DNA of 64,000 nt from Trueperaceae bacterium. GTDB taxonomy: Bacteria; Deinococcota; Deinococci; Deinococcales; Trueperaceae. The notes beneath the pieces are model-generated. The model was not told the origin of the DNA. It searched no databases and saw only the letters and a list, made by a program, of their open reading frames with translations. Shown here in pieces: positions 9,609 to 20,420 of this stretch (positions within the stretch are counted from its first letter, which is position 1; each line of letters begins with the position of its first letter). The stretch spans positions 1 to 64,000 of the forward strand of contig CBDCDZ010000004.1 of NCBI GenBank assembly GCA_965215565.1. The letters are read 5' to 3'. The position numbers and the translations under genes were made by a program.

Positions 9609-10838
9609 ATGCCAGCATACGAATACAAAGCGAGAGACCGCACCGGAAAGGTCATTACCGCCTCGATGGAGGCCGCGTCACAACGCGACGTCGCTGCCGC
9701 TCTGCGCGATAAAGGGCTGATTCCCACCGAAATCAAAGTGCCTAAGGGCGGCCTCAACGCCGACATCAAACTGCCCGCTTGGTTAGATATCGGCAGCAAA
9801 CCCAACATGCGCGATGTGACGCTCTTTAGCCGTCAGTTCGCTACTGTGATCAACGCAGGTCTGCCCGTCGTGCAGTCCTTGTCCATCTTGCAAAAACAGG
9901 CGGAGAAGCAAGGACTTAAAGACGCGCTCAAGAAAATCCGCGAGGACGTCGAAACGGGGCAACCTCTCTCCGAAGCGTTGGCAAAGTTCCCCAGTATCTT
10001 CAACCGCCTCTACATCTACTTGGTACGCGCGGGTGAAGCCTCCGGTAATTTGGACGGCATCTTAGAGCGCATCGCGAGCTATCAGGAGAAGCAAGCAGCC
10101 TTGCGCGGTAAGCTCAAGAGTGCCATGACCTATCCTACCGTCGTCATGGTCATCGCCTTGGGCGTCACTTACTTCTTGCTCACTGGCATCGTGCCGCAGT
10201 TCGCGGGCATCCTCACGCAGCTAGGCGGCGACTTGCCGCTGATTACTCAAATTTTGATGAATATTAGCGACTTTCTGGTCAATCAGTGGTATCTCATGCC
10301 CATCATTATCGGGGGTCTCGTTTTCGGTGTCGGCTTCGCTTACCGTACAGACAAGGGGCGACACATTATTGACCGCCTCCTCCTCAAGATGCCCATCGTC
10401 GGCAACTTGGTGCAAAAAACTGCTATCGCCAGCTTTTCAAACACTTTTGGATTGCTGCTCAAAAGCGGCGTCAATATCATCGAGGCGATTGAGATTACGA
10501 AGGGAACAGCGGGCAACGTCATCGTCGAAGACGTACTCGATGACGCCAAACAAGCTGTGCAGCGCGGCGAGCAGATCAGCGCCACGCTCGTTGACCACCC
10601 CACCGTATTCCCGCCGCTAGTTAGCTCGATGATCGCCATTGGCGAGGAAACGGGCGCGGTTGACGGCATGTTGGAGAAAATCGCTTCGTTTTATGAGCGA
10701 GAGGTCAATGAAGCGGTTGAGGGCTTAACTGCGGCGCTCGAGCCGATGCTCATCGTCTTCTTGGGCGGTGTGGTTGGTTTTATCGTCGCGGGTATGTTCT
10801 TGCCAATGTTCGCAATTATCGGGCAGCTCAGCGGCTAA
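9609..10838 (+). CDS. pilC: Type IV pilus inner-membrane platform protein (GspF/PilC family)
   Basis: FSRQFATVINAGLP, AGEASGNLD, AMTYP, IGEETGAVD, LEP. Confidence 0.95.
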   Translation: MPAYEYKARDRTGKVITASMEAASQRDVAAALRDKGLIPTEIKVPKGGLNADIKLPAWLDIGSKPNMRDVTLFSRQFATVINAGLPVVQSLSILQKQAEKQGLKDALKKIREDVETGQPLSEALAKFPSIFNRLYIYLVRAGEASGNLDGILERIASYQEKQAALRGKLKSAMTYPTVVMVIALGVTYFLLTGIVPQFAGILTQLGGDLPLITQILMNISDFLVNQWYLMPIIIGGLVFGVGFAYRTDKGRHIIDRLLLKMPIVGNLVQKTAIASFSNTFGLLLKSGVNIIEAIEITKGTAGNVIVEDVLDDAKQAVQRGEQISATLVDHPTVFPPLVSSMIAIGEETGAVDGMLEKIASFYEREVNEAVEGLTAALEPMLIVFLGGVVGFIVAGMFLPMFAIIGQLSG

Positions 10839-10840
10839 TG

Positions 10841-10935
10841 TTGTCAAGTAAAGCTAGACCTAGCAAAATAAACTCGTAGTTGGCAACGAATTGGCAATTG
10901 TCAAGTAAAGCTAGAGTTGGCAACGAATTGGCAAT
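10841..10935. repeat. Interleaved short direct repeats next to the IS1595 end
   Basis: ttgtcaagtaaagctaga at 10841-10858 and 10898-10915; agttggcaacgaattggcaat at 10878-10898 and 10915-10935. Confidence 0.85.
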
Positions 10936-10942
10936 AACGTAA

Positions 10943-11840
10943 GGCTCTATATGTGTTTCAAGGGGCTAGGAGAACCTCAAGGAGCGAAGGCAAGAGAGCT
11001 TTACCTCTAGCCCTAGGGTTGTGCACAAACTCGAAGAAGCTCAGGTATAGAGGTAGCTTTTCTTGGGAGATGCTCCGGTGCGGATCGGCTTGCCTCCCGC
11101 GAAGCGGACGCAACCAGGAACGTAGTAGCGACCAAAAGCCCTCGATGGTGTTAACGTGAACTTCGTGGAAGCCATCGCCATCATCGTCGCGGGCGTACTC
11201 TTTAGCTGAATGGTTGACGCGCTTATGCAAGTAGCCCCAGGCTTCTAAACGGTTATAGATGTTGTATTCGTTGGTGTAGAGCTGACTACCTTGTTCGACA
11301 CACTTGGTGATAAGCGGTTTTATGGTTGCCTGCTGGACGTTCTCTAACATCTTGATGACAACACGTCCGCCACGCTCGATCATGCCTAGCACGGGTGGCT
11401 TCTCGCTCTCTAGCGTGCCGCGTCCTCGTTTTCTTAGATGGCGACACTAGAACGGGCAAAGCCCGGCTCGTTGGGTCTAGTTCTCTCGCTTTGCGCCCTT
11501 TAGCTCTTAGTGCTTGAGGTCTACCTTTATGCCCGGCTACGACGTAAAGCTCATCGATCTCGCCCGCTAGCTCAGGCTCCCTTTTTTCCTCTACACCCTT
11601 CCGAAGCTGTTCAGCCATCTTTTGCACATCATCTTTGTTCAAACCTAGCTTAGCCGCAAAAAGAGCCTTTAGCTGGAGGTAGCATCTCGTTATAAATGCG
11701 CGTCGTTTCATAGTCAAGTCCTTTGGCTAAAGGCTTCTCTGCTGATTCGAAAGGTTCAGCCCCATCAGGTATAAACACAATATCCATACCTCCAAAGGCT
11801 GATGATGCTCCTCAAATACCGTGCCGCTTGAATCGTCACG
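10943..11840 (-). mobile_element. IS1595-family remnant, 5'-truncated, with three micro-insertions
   Basis: Pieces GTVFEEHHQPLEVWILCLYLMGLNLSNQQ, EIDELYVVAGHKG, KPPVLGMIERGG, YTNEYNIY, VNHS, VHVNTIEGFWS; one end begins ggctc at 10943. Confidence 0.85.
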
Positions 11841-13535
11841 CCGACCTTGAGATAATCTGTGAAGCGGTAGCCGCCGGGACCATACACCATCAGGTTGGTT
11901 TGATAGCCTATCGGCGTGGCGAAACTCGCCGAGGCTGCCATCATGATGGCGATGGCGAACGGGGTGATGTCGACGCCTAAGTTCGTGGCAGTAGCTAACA
12001 CGATGGGAAACATCAAGACCGCTGCGCCGTTGTTGGTAATCATCTCGGTAAAGAGGGTCGTGATGCCGTAGATGACCGCCAAGCTCAGGAGCGCGTTCCC
12101 ACCTGCAAGCTGCACCAAGCTCTGCGCAATACTCTCGGCTGCACCCGTAACCTCTAAGGCTTGCCCGAGACCGAACGACGCCGCGATGACGATCAACACT
12201 TGCCAGTCCACGCCGCGCCGTCGCGCCCGATACGCAGCGCGTAATAAGCATCAGCCCGGCAGCGAGCACGGCTGCCTCTAACATGCTGAGCCAACCGAAC
12301 GCGACCACCGTAACCATCGAAGCGAGAATACTCAGGGCGAGGATTGAACGTTCATGACGTGGGGGGCTCGAGTTCTCCACGCGGCTCACCAGAAAGAAGT
12401 CTCTAGCGTTGCGCTGCGTCTGCGCAAACGAGGGAGGTGCTTCTAAAAGGAGCGTGTCTCCCGGTTGCAAGACGATGTCACCGACTTTGCCGCGCAACCG
12501 CTCGCCGCCCCGCGCCACCGCGATGATGACCGCGTTATAGAGGGTGCGAAAGCGCCCTTCGCGTACGCTCTTGCCGACTACAGGCGAACTGTTTGACACC
12601 ACGACTTCGACTAAAATACGCTGCGGGCGGGGCGTGGAGAGCTTAAACAGCTGCTCCGGCGCAGGGGTAAGCCCACGAATCTTCTGCAAGTCTACCACCG
12701 ACTCAACCACCCCGACAAAGAGCAAGCGATCACCTCCTAGCAGCGTTTTCTGCGGTGATACCGCCGGGATGATACGTCCTGCGCGGTCAATTTCGGCGAG
12801 GTAGAGCCCCGGGAGCTGGCGCAAGCCCGCCGCTTCGATGCTCTTGCCCGGCAAGGGACCGCTCGGCTCGACGATCATCTCGAGCGTGTACTCGCGCACA
12901 TCGCCCCCTTGCGCGATGACGCCTTGCCGGTTCGGTAGGAGCCAACGCCCCAGCGTGAGTACGTAGAGGATGCCGACCAAGGCACAGGGCACCCCCACCC
13001 AAGCGATCTCGAACAGCCCTAAGCGTGTGTCCGTTTGGGCGATTAAGAGCCCGTTCACCACTAGATTGGTGCTCGCGCCGATGAGCGAGCACGTGCCGCC
13101 GAAAATCGCGGCGTAGGAAAGGGGCAACATCAGCTTTGAGGGGGCGAAGTTCTGGCGTTTCGCCCAGTCATCCACCGCCGGGATCATCATGGCGACGAGC
13201 GGGGTGTTGTTCAAAAAGGCGCTCATGAGGGCGATCGGAGCCATCAGCCGAACCTGTCCCCCCAAGAGCGAGCGAGGTCGCCCGAAGAGCCGTGCGCCCA
13301 GCCAGTTGACGCCCCCGGTTTCGCTCAGCCCGGCGACCACCACGTAGAGCACGCCGACCGTCACCATGCCCTCGTTAGCGAGCCCCGCGAGCGCCTCCTC
13401 GGGCGAGAGGATGCCCGCTAAAAGGAGCAAAGATACGCCCGCCACCAACACGATATCCGCGCCGATGCGCGTGAAGATGAGCAGGGCGACGTTGAGGAGA
13501 ACGACGGATAGGGCAAACCAAGCATTCCAGGGCAT
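11841..13535 (-). pseudogene. SLC13/DASS permease with TrkA-C domains; frameshifted near 12212, C-terminus replaced by IS1595 sequence
   Basis: SAFLNNTP, LIGASTNL, then in another frame TEMITNNGAA and ATPIGYQTN. Confidence 0.85.
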
Positions 13536-13643
13536 AAGACCTCTCGAGGCGTAAGGTGAAGCGCGCGTCTCCAAAGGGAAAATATGGTCTTGAGTGATTG
13601 CGTTACAAGTAGAAGTGCGTGAGAAAGGTGCAGCGAACCCGCC

Positions 13644-14558
13644 CTAAAATAGCCACGCCACATAGCCACCGTAGGCTAACACCAGTACGCCACCCTCCCA
13701 GCGCTCGAGCCTGCGCTGAGTGAACAAAAAGATAACCGTGAGCACGGCGAACGCAACCATGATTAAAAGGTCGAGGCGGAGCGCGGCGAAGGGCAGCGCC
13801 AAAGGCGTAATAAGGCTCGTTATCCCTAAAATACACAGGATGTTGAAGATATTCGAGCCGATGATGTTGCCCAAAACCATATCCGTCTCGCGCTTCAAGA
13901 CTGCCACGAGTGAACTCGCGAGTTCGGGTAAGCTCGTCCCTACCGCCACGAGCGTCAGACCGATAATGCGCTCCGGCACGCCGAAGGCGAGGGCTAAAGA
14001 GGTCGCGCCGTCCACGAGCACTTGTGCGCCTAGCACGAGCAAGACGAGCCCGCCCACAATGCCAGCAACCGTGAGCCAGAGGGGATAGAGGTTGAGGTCG
14101 TCCAGCGCTTCATCCTCGTCGGGGGAGCGGAGCAGCCACACGAGATACGCGAGAAGAAGTGCAAAGAGCACCGCCCCCTCGAGCCGTCCCAACCTGCCGT
14201 CGGCAAAGAAGAGGAGCGGCACGAGGCTCGCGCCAATCATGACGGGTATCTCGCGTTGGAACACGCTCTTTTGAATGGCGATGGGCAAAAGAAGTGCGGC
14301 TAACCCTAAGATAAGCCCCACGTTAGCGATGTTCGAGCCCACGACATTGCCCACCGCAATCGCCTCTGCGCCGTTCAAGGTCGCGGTGAGGCTAGCAGCT
14401 AACTCGGGGGCACTGGTGCCGAACGCGACGACTGTTAGACCGATGACCAAAGGGCTGAGCCTGAAGCGGAGGGCCAAGCTCGAGGCGAACCTCACTAAAA
14501 GTTCGCCGCCGCCGTAAAGAAGCGCGATACCTAAAACAATGAAAAAAATATCCAGCAT
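13644..14558 (-). CDS. Calcium/sodium antiporter (CaCA, YrbG-like)
   Basis: Two alpha repeats: GTSAPE/GSNIAN and GTSLPE/GSNIFN. Confidence 0.92.
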   Translation of the reverse strand: MLDIFFIVLGIALLYGGGELLVRFASSLALRFRLSPLVIGLTVVAFGTSAPELAASLTATLNGAEAIAVGNVVGSNIANVGLILGLAALLLPIAIQKSVFQREIPVMIGASLVPLLFFADGRLGRLEGAVLFALLLAYLVWLLRSPDEDEALDDLNLYPLWLTVAGIVGGLVLLVLGAQVLVDGATSLALAFGVPERIIGLTLVAVGTSLPELASSLVAVLKRETDMVLGNIIGSNIFNILCILGITSLITPLALPFAALRLDLLIMVAFAVLTVIFLFTQRRLERWEGGVLVLAYGGYVAWLF

Positions 14559-14723
14559 ATGTGTACCTTTCGCGCCCTACAAGCTTAGCGGTGGTCAATG
14601 CTGAGACTGCGAACGCAGACAGCATCTTCCAAACGCCCGCGCTCGTTGGTGCCTCTCTGCCGAGCGCGTTCATGACCAGATGCGTCACGCGTGGCGCGTT
14701 CCCGCCGGACCTGCTGGGCACTC

Positions 14724-14827
14724 CAGGTCTTGCCTTATTCAGCGCGTCACCGGATAGTCTTTGACTACCGTATTGACGACGACGCGCACCCTTTCGGTCC
14801 TTGATGATATGGGCGGCTACTCCCCTG
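14724..14827 (-). ncRNA. yybP-ykoY (Mn2+) riboswitch
   Basis: Minus strand reads CAGGGGAGUAGC...CGUCAAUACGG...CCGGUGACG...GGCAAGACCUG with P1 CAGG/CCUG, upstream of the antiporter. Confidence 0.85.
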
Positions 14828-14870
14828 TAAAGCTAGTTATACGCCAAAGCGTATGAAAAGCGCATGAGCG

Positions 14871-15160
14871 TTACAAAAGCCCTTGTGTAAGGGCTTTAAC
14901 AGCGGCTTGGGTACGGTCTGTTGCGGAGAGTTTGAGTAGCACCTCTTGCACGCGCGTTTTCACTGTTGCCACGCTGATATTCAAACCTTCCGTAATCTGC
15001 CGGTTGCTCTCGCCCTCGGAGATGTGCCGCAAGACCTCTAGCTCTCTAGGCGAAAGTGGGTTTTTGACCTTATCTGGCACGTCAATGCAGGCTAAAACCA
15101 CGTGCGCCACTTGCGGGTCGAGGTAGGTTGAACCTAAAGCCGCACCGCGAATGGCTAAGT
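14871..15160 (-). pseudogene. NarL/LuxR response regulator, C-terminal remnant
   Basis: YLDPQVA then LSPRELEVL..GESNRQI..TVKT..DRTQAAV; the receiver domain is missing. Confidence 0.8.
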
Positions 15161-15464
15161 GAGCGACCTAGGATCGGTGAATTTAAGGCAGTAGGCGTCC
15201 GCACCCGAGGCAAGCGAGGCGGCGCGGGGCCGAGGGCGAGATGTTTAGCGTGAAGAGTTCCTTGAGGGCGCTAACGTGACCCTTTTCGGGCAAGCAGTCT
15301 AGCGTCCAATCTACTGAAAAAGCTGTGTAGCGTATAGGTACACAGCTACCATGTCGGAACGAAGCAGCCGCCCCCCCCTTCGTCTTTGCCACTACTATTT
15401 CCTAGGCGGGATTTGTTTATGCTCACTCAGCTTCGCTGTTTCGGCGTAGCTCGAGGGGAACAAC

Positions 15465-17099
15465 ATGGCAACTATCAACTTTGAACTTTTCGCGCCCTAC
15501 AACAAGGAGGTTGCGCTCACGGGCGATTTCTCCGACTGGGACGCTATCAACATGAAAAAGGGCGACGACGGCATTTTTCGTGCGCAAGTCGAGCTGGCGG
15601 ACGGCGAGTACCGCTACAAGTACCGCGTGCGCTCCAAGAGCTGGTTTTTTGACGAGGACGCCTGGGTCGAGATCGTGGACCCGTATGCCGCCGTGGAGGA
15701 CAGCGAAGCGCAGAACGGCATTCTGCACATAAGGGACGGGCAGCGTTTTTTGGACGACTACGCTTGGCAGCACGACGCTGCGACTTTACCGCCTGACGAC
15801 GCGCTCGTTATCTATGAGCTTCAAGTCGCCGACTTCTCCGGCGGTGAGGACGACCCAAACGCGCGAGGTAAGTTCAAGCACGTGGAGGAGAAGCTCGACT
15901 ATCTGAGCGAGCTGGGCGTGAACGCTGTAGAGCTGATGCCCGTGCAGGAATACCCCGGCGACTACTCCTGGGGCTACAACCCGCGCTACCTCTTCGCGGC
16001 AGAGTACGGCACGTCAGAAGACCTCAAACGTCTCATCGACGCGTGTCATGGGCGCGGCGTTCGCGTGATTTTGGATATGGTCTTTAACCACACGGAGTCA
16101 GAGAGCCCGCTGACCCAAATCGACCACGACTACTGGTATCACCACGAGCCCAAAGACCCCGACAATACCTGGGGACCGGAATACAACTACGACAAGTACG
16201 ACGAGCAGCACAACCTCCACCCCGCCCGCAAGTTCGTCGGTGAGGTCATCCGCTACTGGGTGAGCGAGTACCACATTGTCGGCGTCCGCTTCGACGCGGC
16301 TAAGAATATCGGCGACTTTGAAGTGATGCGCTGGATGGTGCAGGAGGCCAAACAAGCAGCGGGCGAGAAGCCTTTCTACACCATCGCCGAACACATCCCT
16401 GAAGTCTCCAATATCGTCGGGCAGGACGGACCGATGGACGGATGCTGGCACAACAGCTTCTTTCACGGCGTCACGGCTCATCTGTGCGGAGAGACATTTG
16501 AGCTAGAGGCACTTAAAGACTTGCTCGACGGCAAGCGCAAGGGCTTTTTCGGCGCGTCCAGCTTAGTCAACTACGTGGCGAGCCACGACCACGGGCACCT
16601 TATGGCGGTCTTGGCGGACTGCGAGATTCACGATGAGGAGGCCTTTAGACGCGCGAAGTTAGGTGCGGTTCTTACTTTCACAGCACTCGGCGTACCGATG
16701 CTCTGGATGGGGCAGGAGTTCGGGGAGTACAAGCACAAGCGGTTAGAAGCGAGCAAGATCGACTGGTCGCTTTTAGAGAACGACGAAAGACCTCTTCGGC
16801 TTCTACAAGGGTCTTATGGCACTTCGCAAAGAGAACATGGCGCTGCGTACAGAGAACTTAGAGTTCATCCACGAGAACGCCGCAGGGCGCGTGTTCGCCT
16901 TTATGCGCTGGCACGAGGAGGGGGCGAAGGTCTTGGTCGCCGTGAACCTCTCAGAGACGTATCTAGTGGACTACACTATCTCAGGTTTCTCCGACGACGG
17001 TCCCTGGCACGAGTGGCTGCGCGACTACGATGTCGAGGTCCAGAATGGGCAGATGAGCTTAGACCTCGGACCCTTTGAGGCGCACGTCTTCGTCAAGTG
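15465..17099 (+). pseudogene. GH13 alpha-amylase/branching-enzyme-like protein with N-terminal CBM48, frameshifted near 16785
   Basis: VELMPV, SWGYNP, DMVFNH, GVRFDA, SHDH, GVPMLWMGQEFG; the C-terminal domain continues in another frame (LMALRKEN...VFVK). Confidence 0.85.
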
Positions 17100-17142
17100 A
17101 GCGTATGTGAGATCAACCGCAGGTAGAGAGGTGAGAAGAGAT

Positions 17143-18093
17143 ATGAGCGAAAACGAGAGACGGAAGAATCAGCAGAACGGCATGTCACAGGAGACCGCCG
17201 CCGAACGCGACCGCGCCACGAGCGCACCTTCAGATGGCGACACCCTCCGCGACTTCTTCTCGGCACAAGAAATTTTCCAGCGCGTCTTGGCGACCGCTGA
17301 CGACGAGCTTTCCAAAGCGCCCTCGCTGCTCTTTTGGAGCGGGCTTGCGGCGGGGCTGGCTCTGGGGCTTACCTTTATCGCCCGCGTCATCTTTACCGCG
17401 CTGACGCCGGGCGACTCGTCCGGGCTCCTGGGCAACCTCTTCTACCCCATCGGCTTCGTGTTGATCGTTTTAGGGCGCTACCAGCTCTTTACCGAGAACA
17501 CCCTCACACCCGTCTCGCTCGTGCTGACCCGCCTCGCGAGCTTGCGCGAGCTGCTGCGGCTTTGGGGCGTCGTGTTCTTCGCGAACATGCTCGGCGCCGT
17601 CGCCATCTCGCTCCTCTTAGCGACCACCAGCATCTTCGACGAGGAGGTCCGGGGCGTCGCCCTTAAGATGGGGGAAGAGACCCTCAAGGCTACGTGGGGC
17701 GCGTCGTTCTGGAAGTCCGTCATCGCAGGCTGGTTAGTCGCTAGCATGGTCTGGCTCATCCACGGCTCGAGAGACACCATCTCGCGGCTGTTCATCGTCT
17801 GGATCATCATGTACTTTATTGGTGCGACCCACTTCTACCACATCATCACCAGCTCGGTCGAGGTGTTCTACCTAGCGTTCACCGCCCACGCCGAGCTGTC
17901 TTTCTTGTGGACCTTTACGCTGCCGGTGCTGCTCGGCAACACGCTGGGCGGCGTGTTTTTCGTCGCCGTCTTGAACTACGCGCAGGTGAGCGAGTCGCCC
18001 TTTCGGGAGCTGGGCTCGCGCCTCAGCTGGAAGGAGTGGTTCTTCGGCACCAGCGACTTCAGCGAATCGCTGCGCTTTAAGCGTGAGGAGTAA
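17143..18093 (+). CDS. Formate/nitrite transporter family protein
   Basis: QLFTENTL, IAGWLVASMVW, LLGNTLGG; about six TM segments. Confidence 0.88.
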   Translation: MSENERRKNQQNGMSQETAAERDRATSAPSDGDTLRDFFSAQEIFQRVLATADDELSKAPSLLFWSGLAAGLALGLTFIARVIFTALTPGDSSGLLGNLFYPIGFVLIVLGRYQLFTENTLTPVSLVLTRLASLRELLRLWGVVFFANMLGAVAISLLLATTSIFDEEVRGVALKMGEETLKATWGASFWKSVIAGWLVASMVWLIHGSRDTISRLFIVWIIMYFIGATHFYHIITSSVEVFYLAFTAHAELSFLWTFTLPVLLGNTLGGVFFVAVLNYAQVSESPFRELGSRLSWKEWFFGTSDFSESLRFKREE

Positions 18094-18111
18094 AGGAGCG
18101 GCTCCGCAGCT

Positions 18112-18226
18112 TATAGCAGTTCCACAACATACTGAGACAAATGAACGCAGATATCATCTCTGAACGTGCGTGCTGAGCGGCGTTTCCTACAGTAAGCGTG
18201 TCTCAAACCAGATGATACCTGCTATT
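18112..18226 (+). repeat. TATAGCA...TGCTATA MITE family, copy 1
   Basis: Shares ends and core (tactga, gtgcgtgctg, caaacca.atgatac.tgctat) with copies at 18440, 31918 and 50018. Confidence 0.8.
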
Positions 18227-18234
18227 AAATATAG

Positions 18235-18267
18235 AGAAGAGCTGGGGCAGGTTGCCCCGGCTCTTCT
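18235..18267. terminator. Hairpin, probable terminator
   Basis: agaagagctggggca-ggt-tgccccggctcttct. Confidence 0.55.
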
Positions 18268-18439
18268 AAGTTGACCCTGCTCAATTCCCGCCCGCAATGT
18301 CGATCATGCCGCCAGTCATGTCGCCTCCCGTCAACGTGCCACCCGTGTCCTACGCAAAAATCGAGAGCACAACGGCGATGAGCGCAAGCATACTCAGAGC
18401 TTTCTTCATAACTTCTCCCCTTTCGCTTTGCTCACTCTG

Positions 18440-18605
18440 TAAAGCAACTATCACAACTACTGAGCTTGAATCACGCAGACCTCTCTCTGTGCGTAGGACT
18501 AGCGAGATTTCATCACCGAACGTGCGTGCTGAAGTGTATTCTCTCTTCTCAGATTGGCTCAAACCAGCTCCGAACACAGTGAGACAGACTTTGATACCTG
18601 CTATA
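18440..18605 (+). repeat. TATAGCA...TGCTATA MITE family, longer copy 2
   Basis: taaagcaactatcacaactactgag ... gaacgtgcgtgctga ... ctcaaaccag ... tgatacctgctata. Confidence 0.7.
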
Positions 18606-18618
18606 GTTCTCCCCGCCC

Positions 18619-19827
18619 TTACCCGTTCTTGTAAAACCGGCTCTGCTGGTAGTAGTCGGTATAGAGCAGCTTTAGGAAGGCCGCGATAGGCACAGCCAGC
18701 ACCGCCCCCCAGATGCCCGCCAAGGTGCTGCCGAGCAAGATAGCAATGATGACGGCGGCGGGGTGGAGCTGCGTGGAGCGCCCTAAGATGAGCGGGGAGA
18801 GCAGGTGGGTCTCGAGCTGATTGGCGAGGGTAAACACAGCGAGCACGCCGACGACCTGGAACCAGCCCAGCGTGGCGGCCAGGAGAAGTGCCGGGGCGAT
18901 GGCGATGAGCACACCCAAGTAGGGTACGAGGTTAAAAACTCCAGCCAGAAAGCCGAGCGATAGGGCGAGCGGGACCCTGAGGAGCGCTAACCCTATGCCC
19001 GTAACCAAACCGACGAAGAGCGCGATGGCGAGCTGTCCCCGGAAGTAGTCGCCGACGGCGTGCTCGAACTTGTCGCGGATATCTCTGGCGGCAGGTTGAT
19101 AAGGCTTCGGGAAGACGAGAACTAGGCCCTGGTTGATGCGCGGCAGATCGACCAGAAAGTAGATCGTCAAGACGAGTAACGCCCCGACCTGGATGATGCC
19201 GCCCGCGACCGTCGTGACGTTGCTCAGTAGCCCGCCGCCTGTCACGAAGGTGGTGAGGCCTGAGAGTAGTCTCGAGGTGAGGTCACCCAGCTGCGTGTTG
19301 AGCGACTCATAAGCCTGGAAGAGCGCATCCCTTAGGGGACCGGGCAGCGGCAAGCCGGCGATGGTGCGCGGCAGGCGTTCGCTCGCCTCAACTGCGCCCT
19401 CCAAAAGCTCCGGGAACTCCTCGGAGAAAAGGGCGAGTTGTCCTACAAGACCCGAGATGAGCACGGCGAACGAGCCGAGGATAGCGAGGAGCACGCCCAG
19501 AAAGAGCACGACGCCCAGCCAGCGCGCGCGGAAGCGGCGGGCGCTCCAGGCCAGCACCGGGTAGGCGAGGTAGGCAATTAGAAAGGCGGCTAGCGCGAGC
19601 ATCCAGACGCCCGAGGTGAGGTAGAAGAGGTAGAGGAGCCCGCCTGCCGCCAGTAGGGTGACCAGAACGCGGACATAGGGGTTTTGCCAGATAGCGCTAA
19701 AGGCTTGAAGCACGATGTAACCTCCGTTCAAAAAGTATAGGCTTGGATGAATGGGGTATAAGCTCGTTATTCGGTATGCAGAAAATAGATGAGCGCCTCG
19801 AGATACTGATTGTATGTACCGTTGCAA
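18619..19827 (-). CDS. AI-2E family transporter; true start probably about 19713
   Basis: YFRGQ, NLVPYLG, NQLETHLLSP, LHP, AVPIAA. Confidence 0.88.
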   Translation of the reverse strand: MQRYIQSVSRGAHLFSAYRITSLYPIHPSLYFLNGGYIVLQAFSAIWQNPYVRVLVTLLAAGGLLYLFYLTSGVWMLALAAFLIAYLAYPVLAWSARRFRARWLGVVLFLGVLLAILGSFAVLISGLVGQLALFSEEFPELLEGAVEASERLPRTIAGLPLPGPLRDALFQAYESLNTQLGDLTSRLLSGLTTFVTGGGLLSNVTTVAGGIIQVGALLVLTIYFLVDLPRINQGLVLVFPKPYQPAARDIRDKFEHAVGDYFRGQLAIALFVGLVTGIGLALLRVPLALSLGFLAGVFNLVPYLGVLIAIAPALLLAATLGWFQVVGVLAVFTLANQLETHLLSPLILGRSTQLHPAAVIIAILLGSTLAGIWGAVLAVPIAAFLKLLYTDYYQQSRFYKNG

Positions 19828-19864
19828 CTTTATTCTTCAAGAAGCGCATGATAGGTGCTTAGCA

Positions 19865-19951
19865 CAGGGGAGTAGTCGCCCGCGAGGGTACCCGTTATCG
19901 TCAAGACAGCCGCTAGAGTCGGCTCGGTGATGGGCGAAAGCGTGAGACCTG
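19865..19951 (+). ncRNA. Second yybP-ykoY (Mn2+) riboswitch
   Basis: CAGGGGAGUAGUC...CGUCAAGAC...GCGUGAGACCUG, immediately upstream of a TerC/Alx remnant. Confidence 0.75.
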
Positions 19952-19965
19952 AGGCGGAGGTTTGT

Positions 19966-20238
19966 ATGGACCTGTCCCTTTGGGTTTGGGCAGCGTTTTT
20001 AGGCGGCGTGCTCTTCATGCTCGCCAGCGTGGTGCACCGCTTCGTCTACCTCAAGGCGGGGCTCTCGGTGATCCTGCTCTTCATCGGCGCGAAGATGCTG
20101 CTCCTAGATGTTTACAAAATCCCCACTGCCGTGTCGCTGAATGTGGTGGCAAACATCTTGACGCTCAGCATCGTGGCGTCGCTCATCGAAACGTCGCGCA
20201 CCCGACCGTCGGGTCCGCTCAAGCCTTCAGGGAGATAG
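19966..20238 (+). pseudogene. TerC/Alx-family protein with a large internal in-frame deletion
   Basis: N-terminal WVWAAFLGGVLFMLA joined directly to C-terminal HRFVYLKAGLSVILLFIGAKML. Confidence 0.75.
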
Positions 20239-20248
20239 GAACGCATAT

Positions 20249-20419
20249 ATGGACGTGAGCTGGCTCGAGTCCGCCCGTCAATTTATCGAAGAGACCGTCC
20301 TGGTGCTCGGCTACAGCGGCGTCGGGCTGCTCATGGCGCTGGAGAACCTCTTTCCGCCGCGCTGCTTGTCTAGCCGGCGTTCCGGCTTTGGACACATCGC
20401 TAGAAGGGAGCGCCCTTGA
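20249..20419 (+). pseudogene. DedA-family N-terminal fragment
   Basis: LGYSGVGLLMALENLFPP, then unrelated sequence and a stop. Confidence 0.75.
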
Positions 20420-20420
20420 G

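Noticed and set aside
10841..10935. Possible mini CRISPR array
   Set aside because: Only two copies per unit, no series of unique spacers and no cas genes in the window.
11727..13574. 615-aa ORF as a novel transporter-transposase fusion
   Set aside because: It is a frameshifted SLC13 gene running out of frame into an IS1595 remnant.
18281..18409. Small secreted protein MKKALSMLALIAVVLSIFA on the minus strand
   Set aside because: An in-frame stop follows the signal-like segment and it lies between two MITEs; at most a remnant, too weak to call.
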